In this document: positions 1 through 9,080 of the stretch, one piece after another
Layout: the number at the start of each line of letters is the position of its first letter
Position numbering within the stretch: position 1 is the stretch's first letter
DNA from: Okeania sp.
GTDB taxonomy: Bacteria; Cyanobacteriota; Cyanobacteriia; Cyanobacteriales; Microcoleaceae
Length of the DNA stretch: 32,000 nt
Assembly (NCBI RefSeq): GCF_035285525.1
Contig: NZ_JAYKGW010000187.1
Location: 14,461-46,460 of the forward strand
Direction: 5' to 3'
Program-made: the position numbers and the translations under genes
Notes under the pieces: generated by a model
What the model was told of the DNA's origin: nothing
What the model saw: only the letters and a program-made list of their open reading frames with translations
The model's database searches: none

Positions 1-1
1 T

Positions 2-1192
2 GACTATTATCGAGTCGATCCAATTTTAGGCGGTAATGAAGCTTTAAGAATATTAATAGATGCTGCTCACGCTCGGAATATAAAAATTGTTCTGGATGGA
101 GTTTTTAACCACGCTAGTCGGGGTTTCTATTTCTTCAACGATATTTTGGAAAACGGTCCTCATTCTCCCTGGTTACATTGGTTTAAAATAGAAGACTGGC
201 CTCTATCTGCTTATGATGGTAGTTTACCTGCTAATTATGTGGGATGGGTAGGCAACCGTGCTTTACCTGTATTCAATCACGATAATCCAGAAGTGAAAGA
301 ATATATTATGGAAATTGGGGAATATTGGTTAGAATTTGGTATTGATGGTTGGCGGTTGGATGTACCTGCTGAGGTGACGACTCCTGGGTTTTGGCAAGAA
401 TTTCGCGATCGCATCAAGGCTATTAACCCGGAAGCTTATATTGTGGGTGAAGTCTGGACTGACTGTGTACAATGGTTGGATGGTACTCAGTTTGATGGGG
501 TGATGAATTATTTATTTACTGGTCCGACTATTGCTTTTACGGCAGGCGATCGCGTAGATTTTGACCAAGTGAAAGGCCGTGACTATGTAGCTTATCCAGC
601 TATATCTGCTGCTGTTTATGGTCAAAAAATGCAGGAGTTGTTGCAACTATATCCTTGGGAAATTCAATTAACTCAACTTAATTTATTAGATAGTCACGAT
701 ACAGCTAGAGTTTTGAGTATTGCTCAAGGAGATAAAGCAAGTGTGGAATTAGCTACTTTATTATTGATGACTTTTCCGGGAGCGCCGAGTATTTATTATG
801 GTGATGAAGTAGGTTTACTAGGGAAGTTAGACCCTGACTGTCGTCGTGGTTTTCCTAATAATGAAAAATGGGATATTCAAGTTCTAGAATATCATAAAAA
901 ATTAATTGCTATTAGGAATAAATATTCTGCTTTGCGTACTGGTAATTATGAAGTTTTATTTGCGGAGGGAAATGTTTATATATTTGCTCGAATTTTAGGA
1001 AATGAAGAAATTATTATTGCCGTTAATATTGGTATAGAAAAAACTAAGGTAAATGTTAGTATTAATCAGCTAAAATCTCAACCTAATACAATTATTTATG
1101 GTAGTTGTGAAATTTTGCAAAGAGGAAATAAAGTTAGTCAATTAGAGTTAGATTTACCAGGAAGAAAAGGCTGTATTTTAATGAATAATTGA
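2..1192 (+). CDS. Glycoside hydrolase family 13 (alpha-amylase superfamily, neopullulanase/cyclomaltodextrinase-like); 5' end cut by window edge
   Basis: Frame 2 is open from base 2 (DYYRVDPILGGNEAL...), upstream of the ORF-track TTG at 146. All four GH13 signature regions are present: DGVFNH (I), GWRLDVPAEV (II, nucleophile Asp), IVGEVW (III, Glu), LLDSHDT (IV). Confidence 0.9.
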   Translation, partial: DYYRVDPILGGNEALRILIDAAHARNIKIVLDGVFNHASRGFYFFNDILENGPHSPWLHWFKIEDWPLSAYDGSLPANYVGWVGNRALPVFNHDNPEVKEYIMEIGEYWLEFGIDGWRLDVPAEVTTPGFWQEFRDRIKAINPEAYIVGEVWTDCVQWLDGTQFDGVMNYLFTGPTIAFTAGDRVDFDQVKGRDYVAYPAISAAVYGQKMQELLQLYPWEIQLTQLNLLDSHDTARVLSIAQGDKASVELATLLLMTFPGAPSIYYGDEVGLLGKLDPDCRRGFPNNEKWDIQVLEYHKKLIAIRNKYSALRTGNYEVLFAEGNVYIFARILGNEEIIIAVNIGIEKTKVNVSINQLKSQPNTIIYGSCEILQRGNKVSQLELDLPGRKGCILMNN

Positions 1193-1849
1193 TAATGAAA
1201 ATATAGCAATCAGCCCTTATGTTTTCACAATTAAAAAATTAGAAATAAACTCCGGTAGTATTGGTATACAGAGGTTTTCACTTCGATAAACCACAGTAGG
1301 GGCGCCCCTACAGAGTTCTTGGTTATGACGGTGTGGTTCATTAATCTGAAAAGCCCTGTAATTAAAGCTCCGTATCAGTTTGGAAACTAAAATTTGTAGG
1401 AGTTTAGTTTTTGCTCTTTTCTGATGGTAGAACCTTATTCACCAAAGCAAGAGAATTTGATATTACCCATTAAACATCTCCAGAAAATAGGGAGTGGGGA
1501 GTAGAGGGAAAGAATAGATAATTTCTGTCTGATAATTATAATTGATTTAATTGTTTATTTTTGGAGATGTCTATTATCTTGTTCATGCTTTTAAAACCCC
1601 TACAATAATCAGATACGCTTACAGCACTTTCGGATTTAGTGAGCTACAAAATTTTTTTTTGTTAAAAACTGGAAGTCTGTTAGTAATGATTGGTAACACA
1701 ACCTTCTAGGTTGTTACAGCAAACGAAGGCTGTGGTACAAAGATTAATATCTATCTTTAAAGTTTACCTCACTATCGTCATGCATTGCTGTAAAAATAGC
1801 TGATCCAATTTATTTGAGAGAGCTTTATTTATCATTTTTCTCCTTTTTT

Positions 1850-1891
1850 ATATAAGTAAGCATTTTCTGCGGAATGCTTACTTATATTTTT
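1850..1891 (+). terminator. 15-bp perfect hairpin followed by TTTT (terminator-like)
   Basis: atataagtaagcatt-ttctgcgg-aatgcttacttatat-tttt. It lies 650 nt from the nearest upstream + strand gene, so it may be a repeat-family hairpin rather than a real terminator. Confidence 0.3.
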
Positions 1892-2004
1892 CCCTATTTT
1901 TCCTTCTTTCTTCTTTCTTCTTCCTTGCTTCTACAATCTGTAAGAAACATTTATAAAATTGGTATAATCAAGCAGACTAATGAATAACAAATGATTATTA
2001 TATA

Positions 2005-2160
2005 ATGGGAAAAAATAAATCTAAATCTGACTTACCAACAAAAATATGCCCTGTCTGTAACCGCCCTTTTTCCTGGCGAAAAAAATGGGCAGACTGTTGG
2101 GATGAAGTCAAATATTGTTCCGAAAGATGTCGGCGACATAAATCAAAAATTGACAAATAA
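2005..2160 (+). CDS. Small four-cysteine zinc-ribbon protein, DUF2256-like (51 aa)
   Basis: Hand-translated ATG..TAA ORF missing from the ORF track: MGKNKSKSDLPTKICPVCNRPFSWRKKWADCWDEVKYCSERCRRHKSKIDK. The CPVC...CSERC pattern and basic tails match the DUF2256 family as I remember it. Confidence 0.65.
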   Translation: MGKNKSKSDLPTKICPVCNRPFSWRKKWADCWDEVKYCSERCRRHKSKIDK

Positions 2161-2217
2161 ACTGAGACGTAATAGTATATATAGGCTAAATTATTCTGTA
2201 ATTAATCACAAACAAAA

Positions 2218-3141
2218 ATGCAGCCAAAACTTATTATTCACGGTGGTGCAGGTAGTTCCCTTGAGGAAAAAGGAGGATTAGAAATTGTTAGAAAATCTCT
2301 CCATCGCATTGTAGATGAATTATACAACTTGCTTCTAGCTGACACCGCAGCTTTAGATGTAGTAGTCCGTGGTTGTCAACTGTTAGAAGATGATCCAATT
2401 TTTAATGCTGGCACTGGTTCCGTACTCCAATCTGATGGTCAAATTCGGATGAGTGCTTCCTTAATGGATGGTTTGAATCATCGGTTTAGTGGAGCGATCA
2501 ATGTCTCCCGAATTAAAAATCCCATTGACTTAGCTAGAGCATTGCAAGAATCACCTGATCGTGTATTATCAGATATTGGAGCTGCTGAATTTGTGCGAGA
2601 ATTGCAAATGCCAGTTTATAACCCTTTGACAGATAAACGATTAAATGAATGGCTGCAAGATCGTCAACAAAATTTTAGTAGAAAAATGGCTAACGTGATT
2701 GCCGAATCTCCAGGTACTGGCACTATTGGTGTAGTAGTTTTGGATAAAGAGGGGAGATTAGCCACCGGCACTTCTACTGGTGGCAAAGGTTTTGAAAAAA
2801 TTGGTCGAGTCAGTGACTCGGCGATGCCTGCTGGAAACTATGCTACTGGTAGTGCTGGGGTAAGTTGTACTGGCATTGGAGAGGATATTATTGATGAGTG
2901 TTTGGCTGCAAAAATTGTGATTCGAGTAACGGATGGTTTTTCTATGAAGGCAGCTTTTGAACGTTCATTTGCTGAAGCTCACGAACATAAACGGGATTTG
3001 GGAGCGATCGGTATTGATGCTAGTGGTATTATTGGTTGGGGAAAAACTTGCGATGTAATTTTGGCAGCTTTTCACGATGGGCAGAAAATTGGTGATAGTT
3101 TGGAAGCCGATAAGGGAACACTCGTTTTTACTGCTGAATAA
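2218..3141 (+). CDS. Isoaspartyl peptidase / L-asparaginase (plant-type, Ntn-hydrolase)
   Basis: N-terminal IIHGGAG, autoproteolytic/nucleophile motif GTGTIGVVVLD, then TGTSTGG and SCTGIGE motifs typical of the asparaginase_2 family. Confidence 0.9.
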   Translation: MQPKLIIHGGAGSSLEEKGGLEIVRKSLHRIVDELYNLLLADTAALDVVVRGCQLLEDDPIFNAGTGSVLQSDGQIRMSASLMDGLNHRFSGAINVSRIKNPIDLARALQESPDRVLSDIGAAEFVRELQMPVYNPLTDKRLNEWLQDRQQNFSRKMANVIAESPGTGTIGVVVLDKEGRLATGTSTGGKGFEKIGRVSDSAMPAGNYATGSAGVSCTGIGEDIIDECLAAKIVIRVTDGFSMKAAFERSFAEAHEHKRDLGAIGIDASGIIGWGKTCDVILAAFHDGQKIGDSLEADKGTLVFTAE

Positions 3142-3792
3142 TATCAATACAGTGCTTTCCTTTGCCCTTAGAGATTAGGGGAGGAGGAGAGTAGGGAGTA
3201 GGGGAGAGATTTAAACGCTAGTATTAACTTGAGAGATGCGACCTTTGCAAGACCCGTCAATGCCTGTGGGCGGAGTGCTGCCGACAGTTCCTGTGGAAAC
3301 AGGAAGTAAACATTAAAATCTCAGTTGTTCTTACGTTTTATATCGGTTTTATGAAGCAGAAATAAACTCGCGCGAGCAAGATGCACGGTTCCCGAAAAAT
3401 CGCACTATACTCCCTGGCTTTCTGGCTTGTACTACAAAACTTTCACCATTTACCTTGTACATCATTTGCCCGAAATATATATGTATAGATAATTTAGGGT
3501 TGGCGCTCAAAAGTTTGTTGGTGAAGGTAGGCAATAGGTATAGGGGCAATAGGCAATAGTGACAGACCTTAATTGTTCTAAATTTTTCCAAGTTTTGTGA
3601 TCAAAAATCTAGAGTTTTTCAGGTTAACTTAATAGTTTGTTGATACTTTATTATTACCAGAAAAAGCCTTTAAACTTTGTCTGTTAATGCTTTTATATTT
3701 AATCAGCAGAGCAATAATTTAGTCATCTTTAGATGACTTCAGCTATTAGCTAAAGATTAAAATCCTTGGCTTGGTGAGTTTGGCGGGCTTGG

Positions 3793-4605
3793 TTACGAAA
3801 GTATTTCAATTTCAATCCAGACTCCTGTTTTTTTAGTATTAGGAATATATTCAATAGTAAGCTTGGGAATACAACTCAGGCGATCGTCCTGAAGCACCCC
3901 CGCCCCATTTAATGTTAAAGCATCAAGACAGGCTCCTGCTAAATTATCTAAATCAGAATTAGTGCGATGTTTTCCACAAAAACTAATATAAATAGCTGCT
4001 CTTTTTATTGGTAAATTTATCTCTAAATTCAGTTCAGAAATTTGACGGTAAATTTCTACTTCTGCTTGATTTCTCCAGGCACGATATTGAGGTGGTAAAT
4101 AAGTACCATTAGCAGTAACTCGCGGACGTGCTTTAGGAACTACTTTCCCTGGAAGATAGAAATGAATTGTTGGAGAATTTTCAGATTCTTTAGATTTAAG
4201 GGGAGAAGTTGTATAATTCTTAGAATTATCCAAGGACAGAATATTTTTGTTAATTTGGGTCTCTAGTTTTTCTGGCAAATTATCTTTTGGCTCCAAAGTA
4301 GCAAATTGCATTTGATATTTATCCTCTGTAGCAGATAAATCAACTTTTCTATAAGTATCTAATTGTTTCCGGAAGCTAGGCCAACTTTTAGCTATTTGTA
4401 AATAAGTCTCTGCACAGTTGGTTGAGAAATGACAATTCTTTTGGAACCAAGTTTGCCATTCAGTAGGTGAAAATAAAGTTTTAATTTCTAATAATAATTG
4501 ACCCAAAGAATAAGCATAAGCCATAGAATTTTTTGGGTCATTTTGGCATTTTTGATGTTTGAAATTAATATCATTTATTAAGTTTTTCCAGTTAATTAAT
4601 ACCAT
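3793..4605 (-). CDS. RusA-family Holliday junction resolvase domain fused to a ~150-aa N-terminal domain of unknown function
   Basis: C-terminal ~120 aa: PGKVVPKARPRVTANGTYLPPQYRAWRNQAEV...SDLDNLAGACLDAL...VLQDDRL. This matches the RusA acidic catalytic cluster (DxDN ... DD). ATG start at 4605. Confidence 0.8.
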   Translation of the reverse strand: MVLINWKNLINDINFKHQKCQNDPKNSMAYAYSLGQLLLEIKTLFSPTEWQTWFQKNCHFSTNCAETYLQIAKSWPSFRKQLDTYRKVDLSATEDKYQMQFATLEPKDNLPEKLETQINKNILSLDNSKNYTTSPLKSKESENSPTIHFYLPGKVVPKARPRVTANGTYLPPQYRAWRNQAEVEIYRQISELNLEINLPIKRAAIYISFCGKHRTNSDLDNLAGACLDALTLNGAGVLQDDRLSCIPKLTIEYIPNTKKTGVWIEIEILS

Positions 4606-4613
4606 CTTAAATA

Positions 4614-4638
4614 GGGAGTAGGGAGTAGGGAGTAGAGG
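4614..4638. repeat. Heptamer tandem array GGGAGTA x3 (CTACTCC on minus strand)
   Basis: Direct reading. More copies at 4663-4680 and 4790-4808, and related copies at 1490-1510, 3190-3215, 12435-12450, 12720-12740, 15481-15515, 17300-17322, 29432-29449. Confidence 0.9.
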
Positions 4639-4854
4639 TTAGTGATTAGTTATTAGCTAAAGGAGTAGGGAGTAGGGGTTAGTTATCAGTTATTTAGTTA
4701 CAGCAGATTCCAAGTATATCAAGTACAAATATTAATAATTACAGGACTTACAGAAAACCAATATATCTAGCCATTTATTCCTACAAATAGGGAGTAGGGA
4801 GTAGAGGTTAGTTCAGGACTTACGCAAGACACTATATATAATGTCTATTAATTT

Positions 4855-4888
4855 AGGCGATCGCTCTCTTAATAGAGAGCGATCGCCT
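4855..4888. terminator. Perfect 15-bp hairpin built from two HIP1 sites (possible bidirectional terminator)
   Basis: aggcgatcgctctct-taat-agagagcgatcgcct. It lies between the RusA-like gene (upstream of its start) and the 3' end of the lipoprotein gene. There is no clear U-tract, so the function is uncertain. Confidence 0.35.
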
Positions 4889-5238
4889 GAATGACAAAAT
4901 TCTCACCATATAAAGACATGATGATATAATTTATTTTTATAATTAGGACTTAGACAAAACAACCTATTTCTGTCATGGCGCGACTCGCAGCACAAGCGAC
5001 AGCGTTATGCGGAGCGCAAAACCCACGTTAATGCTGCGCAAACAGCTATTAACTTTCAGTTGTCAGCTAGCCTCCTGGGTCGTAACTTCGCAATTCAGCA
5101 ATAAAATTCTGTCTTTAAAGCTATCCATTATAAATTTTTATATCAAGAGAGATGTTTATAAAGTATAGTCTTAAAGGAAGGGTTTAAATCTCAAACCAAA
5201 AACAATAGCTGAATTGGGCAGTTCCGGCCATAGGAGGC

Positions 5239-5276
5239 TAACAGATAACAGATAACAGATAACTGATAACTGTTAA
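5239..5276. repeat. STRR-type heptamer array (ATAACAG/ATAACTG, about 5 units) overlapping the lipoprotein stop codon
   Basis: taacagataacagataacagataactgataactgttaac read directly. Confidence 0.9.
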
Positions 5277-6148
5277 CGGCCTTTTCTACTGCCAAAACCA
5301 CCACTCCGACGTGAAGGTGATAACCCACCGCTACCAAAACTACGACGTTGTTGAGGAGGTTTTGCTGTATCTGAGCGACGCAAGTCACTAGCACCAACAC
5401 CGCTTCCAGTAGAACGATTTGTATTTTGTTGTTGTTTACGAGTTCTGCTGCTGCCAGTAGAATTAGTTACACCTGTGGAACGCAAAGTTTGACGGTTTTT
5501 TACTGCTGCTGGTGGAGCTTGATAACGTTCTTGATATCGGTTAATAGCTTGGTTGTAGCTAGTTCCATATCCACCATACCCATTCATTACTCCACCTGCT
5601 TGATAAACTGGTGGTACATAATATTGAGGGGTGAACAACATACTACTAATTGCTCCACCAACTACTTGACCTGCTACTGCTCCAGCAAAAGGTGCCCAGA
5701 AGTTAGACTCCCGACGCACAACAATAGTTTCTTGTCTACCAGTTTCTGGGTTAGTTTGGGTTTCGGTTACGTTGTGTACATATTCAATTTTAAAGTCAGA
5801 TTTAATGTGTAAACTAGCTTGATTACTATTAATTTTGGCATAGTTACTTTTGCCTTCCTGAATTTCCTCTTCTGTTAAACTTGCCATTTGCAAGTCTGTA
5901 GTGGTATAAATTGGAGGTTTACCTGAAGGAGTATTCAGTAACATGAGGGAATATTCACCATTAGCATCGTTATAGGTTGCTTGTTGTACAGGATATTCTC
6001 CTTCAGTTACTTGGTTACGGTTGGGATTAGATGTAGATGAGATATTGAGATTTGAGTTTTGAGATGAGGTTGTACTGGAACTGCCACAGGCAACTGTTGT
6101 CCAAGACAATATTAAGCACATAAACAAAACGGTTAATTTACGCAGCAT
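5273..6148 (-). CDS. Putative lipoprotein with Gly-zipper-like segment and Arg/Gly/Ser-rich C-terminal tail
   Basis: Signal peptide plus lipobox (MLRKLTVLFMCLILSWTTVAC-GSS). The ORF is long and uninterrupted in an AT-rich region. No recognisable catalytic motif. Confidence 0.65.
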   Translation of the reverse strand: MLRKLTVLFMCLILSWTTVACGSSSTTSSQNSNLNISSTSNPNRNQVTEGEYPVQQATYNDANGEYSLMLLNTPSGKPPIYTTTDLQMASLTEEEIQEGKSNYAKINSNQASLHIKSDFKIEYVHNVTETQTNPETGRQETIVVRRESNFWAPFAGAVAGQVVGGAISSMLFTPQYYVPPVYQAGGVMNGYGGYGTSYNQAINRYQERYQAPPAAVKNRQTLRSTGVTNSTGSSRTRKQQQNTNRSTGSGVGASDLRRSDTAKPPQQRRSFGSGGLSPSRRSGGFGSRKGR

Positions 6149-6548
6149 ATAATGATAGCTCCTAAAATAACTTTGAGTGATTTTTACTTACTTATTCTAC
6201 CTTGATTTTGCTTTTGAATATGTAAGGTAGTGAAATATTTTATCCCTTAGACCTCTCCAAAAATCAAACTTAAAATCAATTATCCCATACGAAATTATCA
6301 ATTATTCTTCCCTGTTCTCACATATCTAGTGTTCCCTGTTCCCTCTTTTCTAGAGATGTCTCTTGATTTTTCTCCCATAGTCAGCAAAAAATGCTAAATT
6401 TTTGATTTTTCACCGATTTATCGGGAACCGTACCGTACCTGAGAGACTTAAAAGCTGGTAATTTTTCCAGAGATAAGAATGCTAAAACATTTACCTGTCA
6501 ATCCTTTGATATTTAATCAGCCAGCCCTAATTATCCATTATGAATTTA

Positions 6549-8447
6549 CTACTCTCCTTTCCCTGAATTCAAAACCTTCACAGCCGCTCCATCATTCAAC
6601 TTCTGTAAACCTGAAACAATCAACTTATCCCCAGACACCAAACCCGACACCACCTCAGTCATATCACCCTGAACCAAACCCAACTCAATTATTTGACGTT
6701 TTGCCTTTTGCTGTTCACCTTCTCCCTCCAATAAATACACAAATCGTGTCTCCCCTTCAAAAACTACTGCCGTCATTGGTACTACTACTGCTTGACGCTG
6801 TTCCCAAATCGCATTAACTTGCACAAACTGACCATCTTTTAAATTTCCAGCCCTATTATCCACATCTACTTTAACCAAAACAGTTTGAGAATCACTAACA
6901 GTAGGAGAAATAAAACTAACCTTCCCAACTCCCAAAATCTTATCTTCAGAACTCCTAATCTCCACAGGTAAACCCAGTCGTAAATCCTCTCGTCTCTCCA
7001 AAGGAATTGGTAAATTTACATCTAATACCTGATTTTCGGTCACAGTAGTTATAGTGTCACCATCATTAACAAAATCTCCTATCTTTACAACCATATCTCC
7101 AATCACACCTGCAAAAGGAGCAACAACCACCATATTGTCTAACTCAGCCTCCCAATTTTCTACCTCCGCTAAAGCTGCTCTTACTTCCGCCTCTGCCTGA
7201 GCAATTTCTTCCGAGCGAGTACCATTTTGCAACTCCTCTAAATTACTACGAGTCTCTGCTACCTCTGCCTCTGCTCTGGCAATCTCTTCCGGACGAGTAC
7301 CATTTTGCAGTTCCTCTAAATTACTACGAACCTCTGCTACTTCTGCCTCTGCCTGAGCAATTTCTTCCGGGCGAGTACCATTTTCTAGTCTTCTCAATAT
7401 CTGGCGTTGTTGTTCTAATGCTGCTTCTAATGTTTGAATTGTAGATTCTCGATTTCTCTGTAACTGAGTCACTCGTTTTTTTGCTTCTTCTAATCTGGCT
7501 TTAGCTGCTCTCTCTTCCTGAAAAATTTCCTGAAAAGTTAACTCAGCGATCGCTCCTTCTGCTCTTAAATTTTGGTTTCGCGTGACTTCTTCACTAGCTA
7601 ATTCTAATTCTGCTTTTTGTACTTCTATTTGTGCCTCAGCTTGAGCAATTTCTTCTAAAAGACTACCCGTTCTGGCATTTTCTAGTCGTACTTTTGCCTC
7701 TTGTAATTCTGCTTTAGCTTCGGCAATCTCTTCCTCACGAGTACCAGCCCGGAGTTCAGCCAAGTTAGCTTGAGATTGTTGGAGACGTGCTCTAGCTGCG
7801 GCAATTTGTTCTGGTCTGGCTCCTGTTTTTAGTTGTGCCAAAGTAGCTTGAGATTGTTGGAGACGTGCTTTAGCTGCAGCAATTTGTTCTGGTCTGGCTC
7901 CTGTTTTTAGTTGTCCTAAACGTGCTTCTCTTTGCTGAAAGTTAGCTTTTGCTCTCCTTAAGTTAGCTTCCACATTATCACTTTTGAGTTTAGCGATCGC
8001 CTGCCCTTCAAAAACAAAAGTTCCTTCTTTTACTAAAATTTGGACTACCCTTCCATCTATTTCTGGTTTAATACTAACTGAGCGTTTGGCTTCCATAGTT
8101 CCTACAAATTCTGAAGTTTCTTGGAGGGAGGTAATTTTTATTGGTATTACTTTAACTAAGGGAGTTCGTCGTCTACTTGGAGCTGTTTTTGCTGGTTGGT
8201 TTGTTGTTTGGTTAATATTAGATTGTCTAGATTCCCACCATTGTCCTCCTAGAAATCCCAGTCCGAGAGTGGCAATAATTACTGTTACCCAAAGTACAAC
8301 AGAAAAATTCTTTTTTTCAGACTGAGACGATTGAGGAATAGTATTTATTTGCTCTTCATGGAATTCTGTTTTAGTATTTTCTTGTAGATTTTCTATCGGT
8401 TTAGGTTTTTCTTCAATTACTGAGTTTGATGAATTATTATTTAGCAT
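6549..8447 (-). CDS. HlyD/membrane-fusion-protein family periplasmic adaptor with greatly expanded alpha-helical hairpin
   Basis: N-terminal TM helix (FSVVLWVTVIIATLGLGFLGG), lipoyl/beta-barrel motifs (IKPEIDGRVVQILVKEG, VVAPFAGVIGD), and a coiled coil built of repeated G-x-RPEEIA-x-AEA units. The ORF-track start at 8498 is a TTG; the first ATG (MLNNNSS) is at 8447. Confidence 0.85.
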   Translation of the reverse strand: MLNNNSSNSVIEEKPKPIENLQENTKTEFHEEQINTIPQSSQSEKKNFSVVLWVTVIIATLGLGFLGGQWWESRQSNINQTTNQPAKTAPSRRRTPLVKVIPIKITSLQETSEFVGTMEAKRSVSIKPEIDGRVVQILVKEGTFVFEGQAIAKLKSDNVEANLRRAKANFQQREARLGQLKTGARPEQIAAAKARLQQSQATLAQLKTGARPEQIAAARARLQQSQANLAELRAGTREEEIAEAKAELQEAKVRLENARTGSLLEEIAQAEAQIEVQKAELELASEEVTRNQNLRAEGAIAELTFQEIFQEERAAKARLEEAKKRVTQLQRNRESTIQTLEAALEQQRQILRRLENGTRPEEIAQAEAEVAEVRSNLEELQNGTRPEEIARAEAEVAETRSNLEELQNGTRSEEIAQAEAEVRAALAEVENWEAELDNMVVVAPFAGVIGDMVVKIGDFVNDGDTITTVTENQVLDVNLPIPLERREDLRLGLPVEIRSSEDKILGVGKVSFISPTVSDSQTVLVKVDVDNRAGNLKDGQFVQVNAIWEQRQAVVVPMTAVVFEGETRFVYLLEGEGEQQKAKRQIIELGLVQGDMTEVVSGLVSGDKLIVSGLQKLNDGAAVKVLNSGKGE

Positions 8448-8842
8448 TTTTTGACTTTTATTTTTAATTTTTTTGACTAAAGTTATAGTAATTCTCAAAA
8501 AGAATGAGGTACAAAATTCCTAATTTTTAGGCAATAGGAAATAGGAATTATCGTTATGTGGGAATAGGAAAAAAACTGTACCTCAGTTACTTGAGAAACG
8601 TTATTATTTCGAGTTACTACTCATTTTTTATACTTTCTTAGATCGAGAATTTATCAATTATAATTCTCCTCTGAATTAAATGATTTTGTAAGCATTCAGC
8701 TATTATAGCAATCAGCAATGAGATGTGAGAAAAAAACTGTAGGGGTTTGGTCTCCAATTTCTCGGGAACCGTACCCAAGTGTTAAGGGATTTAGAAACCA
8801 AACCCCGCATTTATAAAATCTTACAACCTATTTCAGATTGCT

Positions 8843-8863
8843 ATAGCTGATAGCTGATAGCTG
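8843..8863. repeat. Heptamer array ATAGCTG x3
   Basis: atagctgatagctgatagctg read directly. Confidence 0.9.
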
Positions 8864-8983
8864 TTTCGCTTGCTTCGCTGCCCATTCATGTCGCGCAGCA
8901 TTCGGCAGGAAATGCTTACGTTATTTTTTATTCTATTTTTAATTAGGGCTGAATGATTAATTATAAAAACATTTATATCATCA

Positions 8984-9080
8984 GGACTTACGCAAAGGTA
9001 CTTACTATATCTATATGTAGATTTAAAAAACTATTTCGTAATAGTTTTAAGTACTATATCTAGGGTTGCTGCGTAAGTCC
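8984..9080. mobile_element. Small palindromic element (~97 bp) with GGACTTACGCA terminal inverted repeats
   Basis: ggacttacgcaaagg...ctgcgtaagtcc, with an internal 9-bp stem aaaactatt/aatagtttt. Solo ends of the same type at about 4743, 4815 and 4945. Confidence 0.6.

Noticed and set aside
3289-3315. GGAAGUA-containing hairpin reminiscent of the glutamine (glnA / downstream-peptide) riboswitch core
   Set aside because: Only the short GGAAGTA string matches. The flanking pairing elements of the motif are not evident, and no downstream + strand gene exists for it to regulate.
3349-3591. 80-aa minus-strand ORF in the asparaginase/RusA spacer
   Set aside because: It crosses MITE-like and repeat sequence (ACGGTTCCCGAAAAATC motif, CAATAGG repeats), has an odd composition and no SD or recognisable motif. 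It is treated as non-coding.
6549-8447. Naming the adaptor DevB (heterocyst glycolipid exporter)
   Set aside because: DevB genes are followed by devC/devA ABC components, and none is adjacent here. Family-level similarity alone does not justify the gene symbol.
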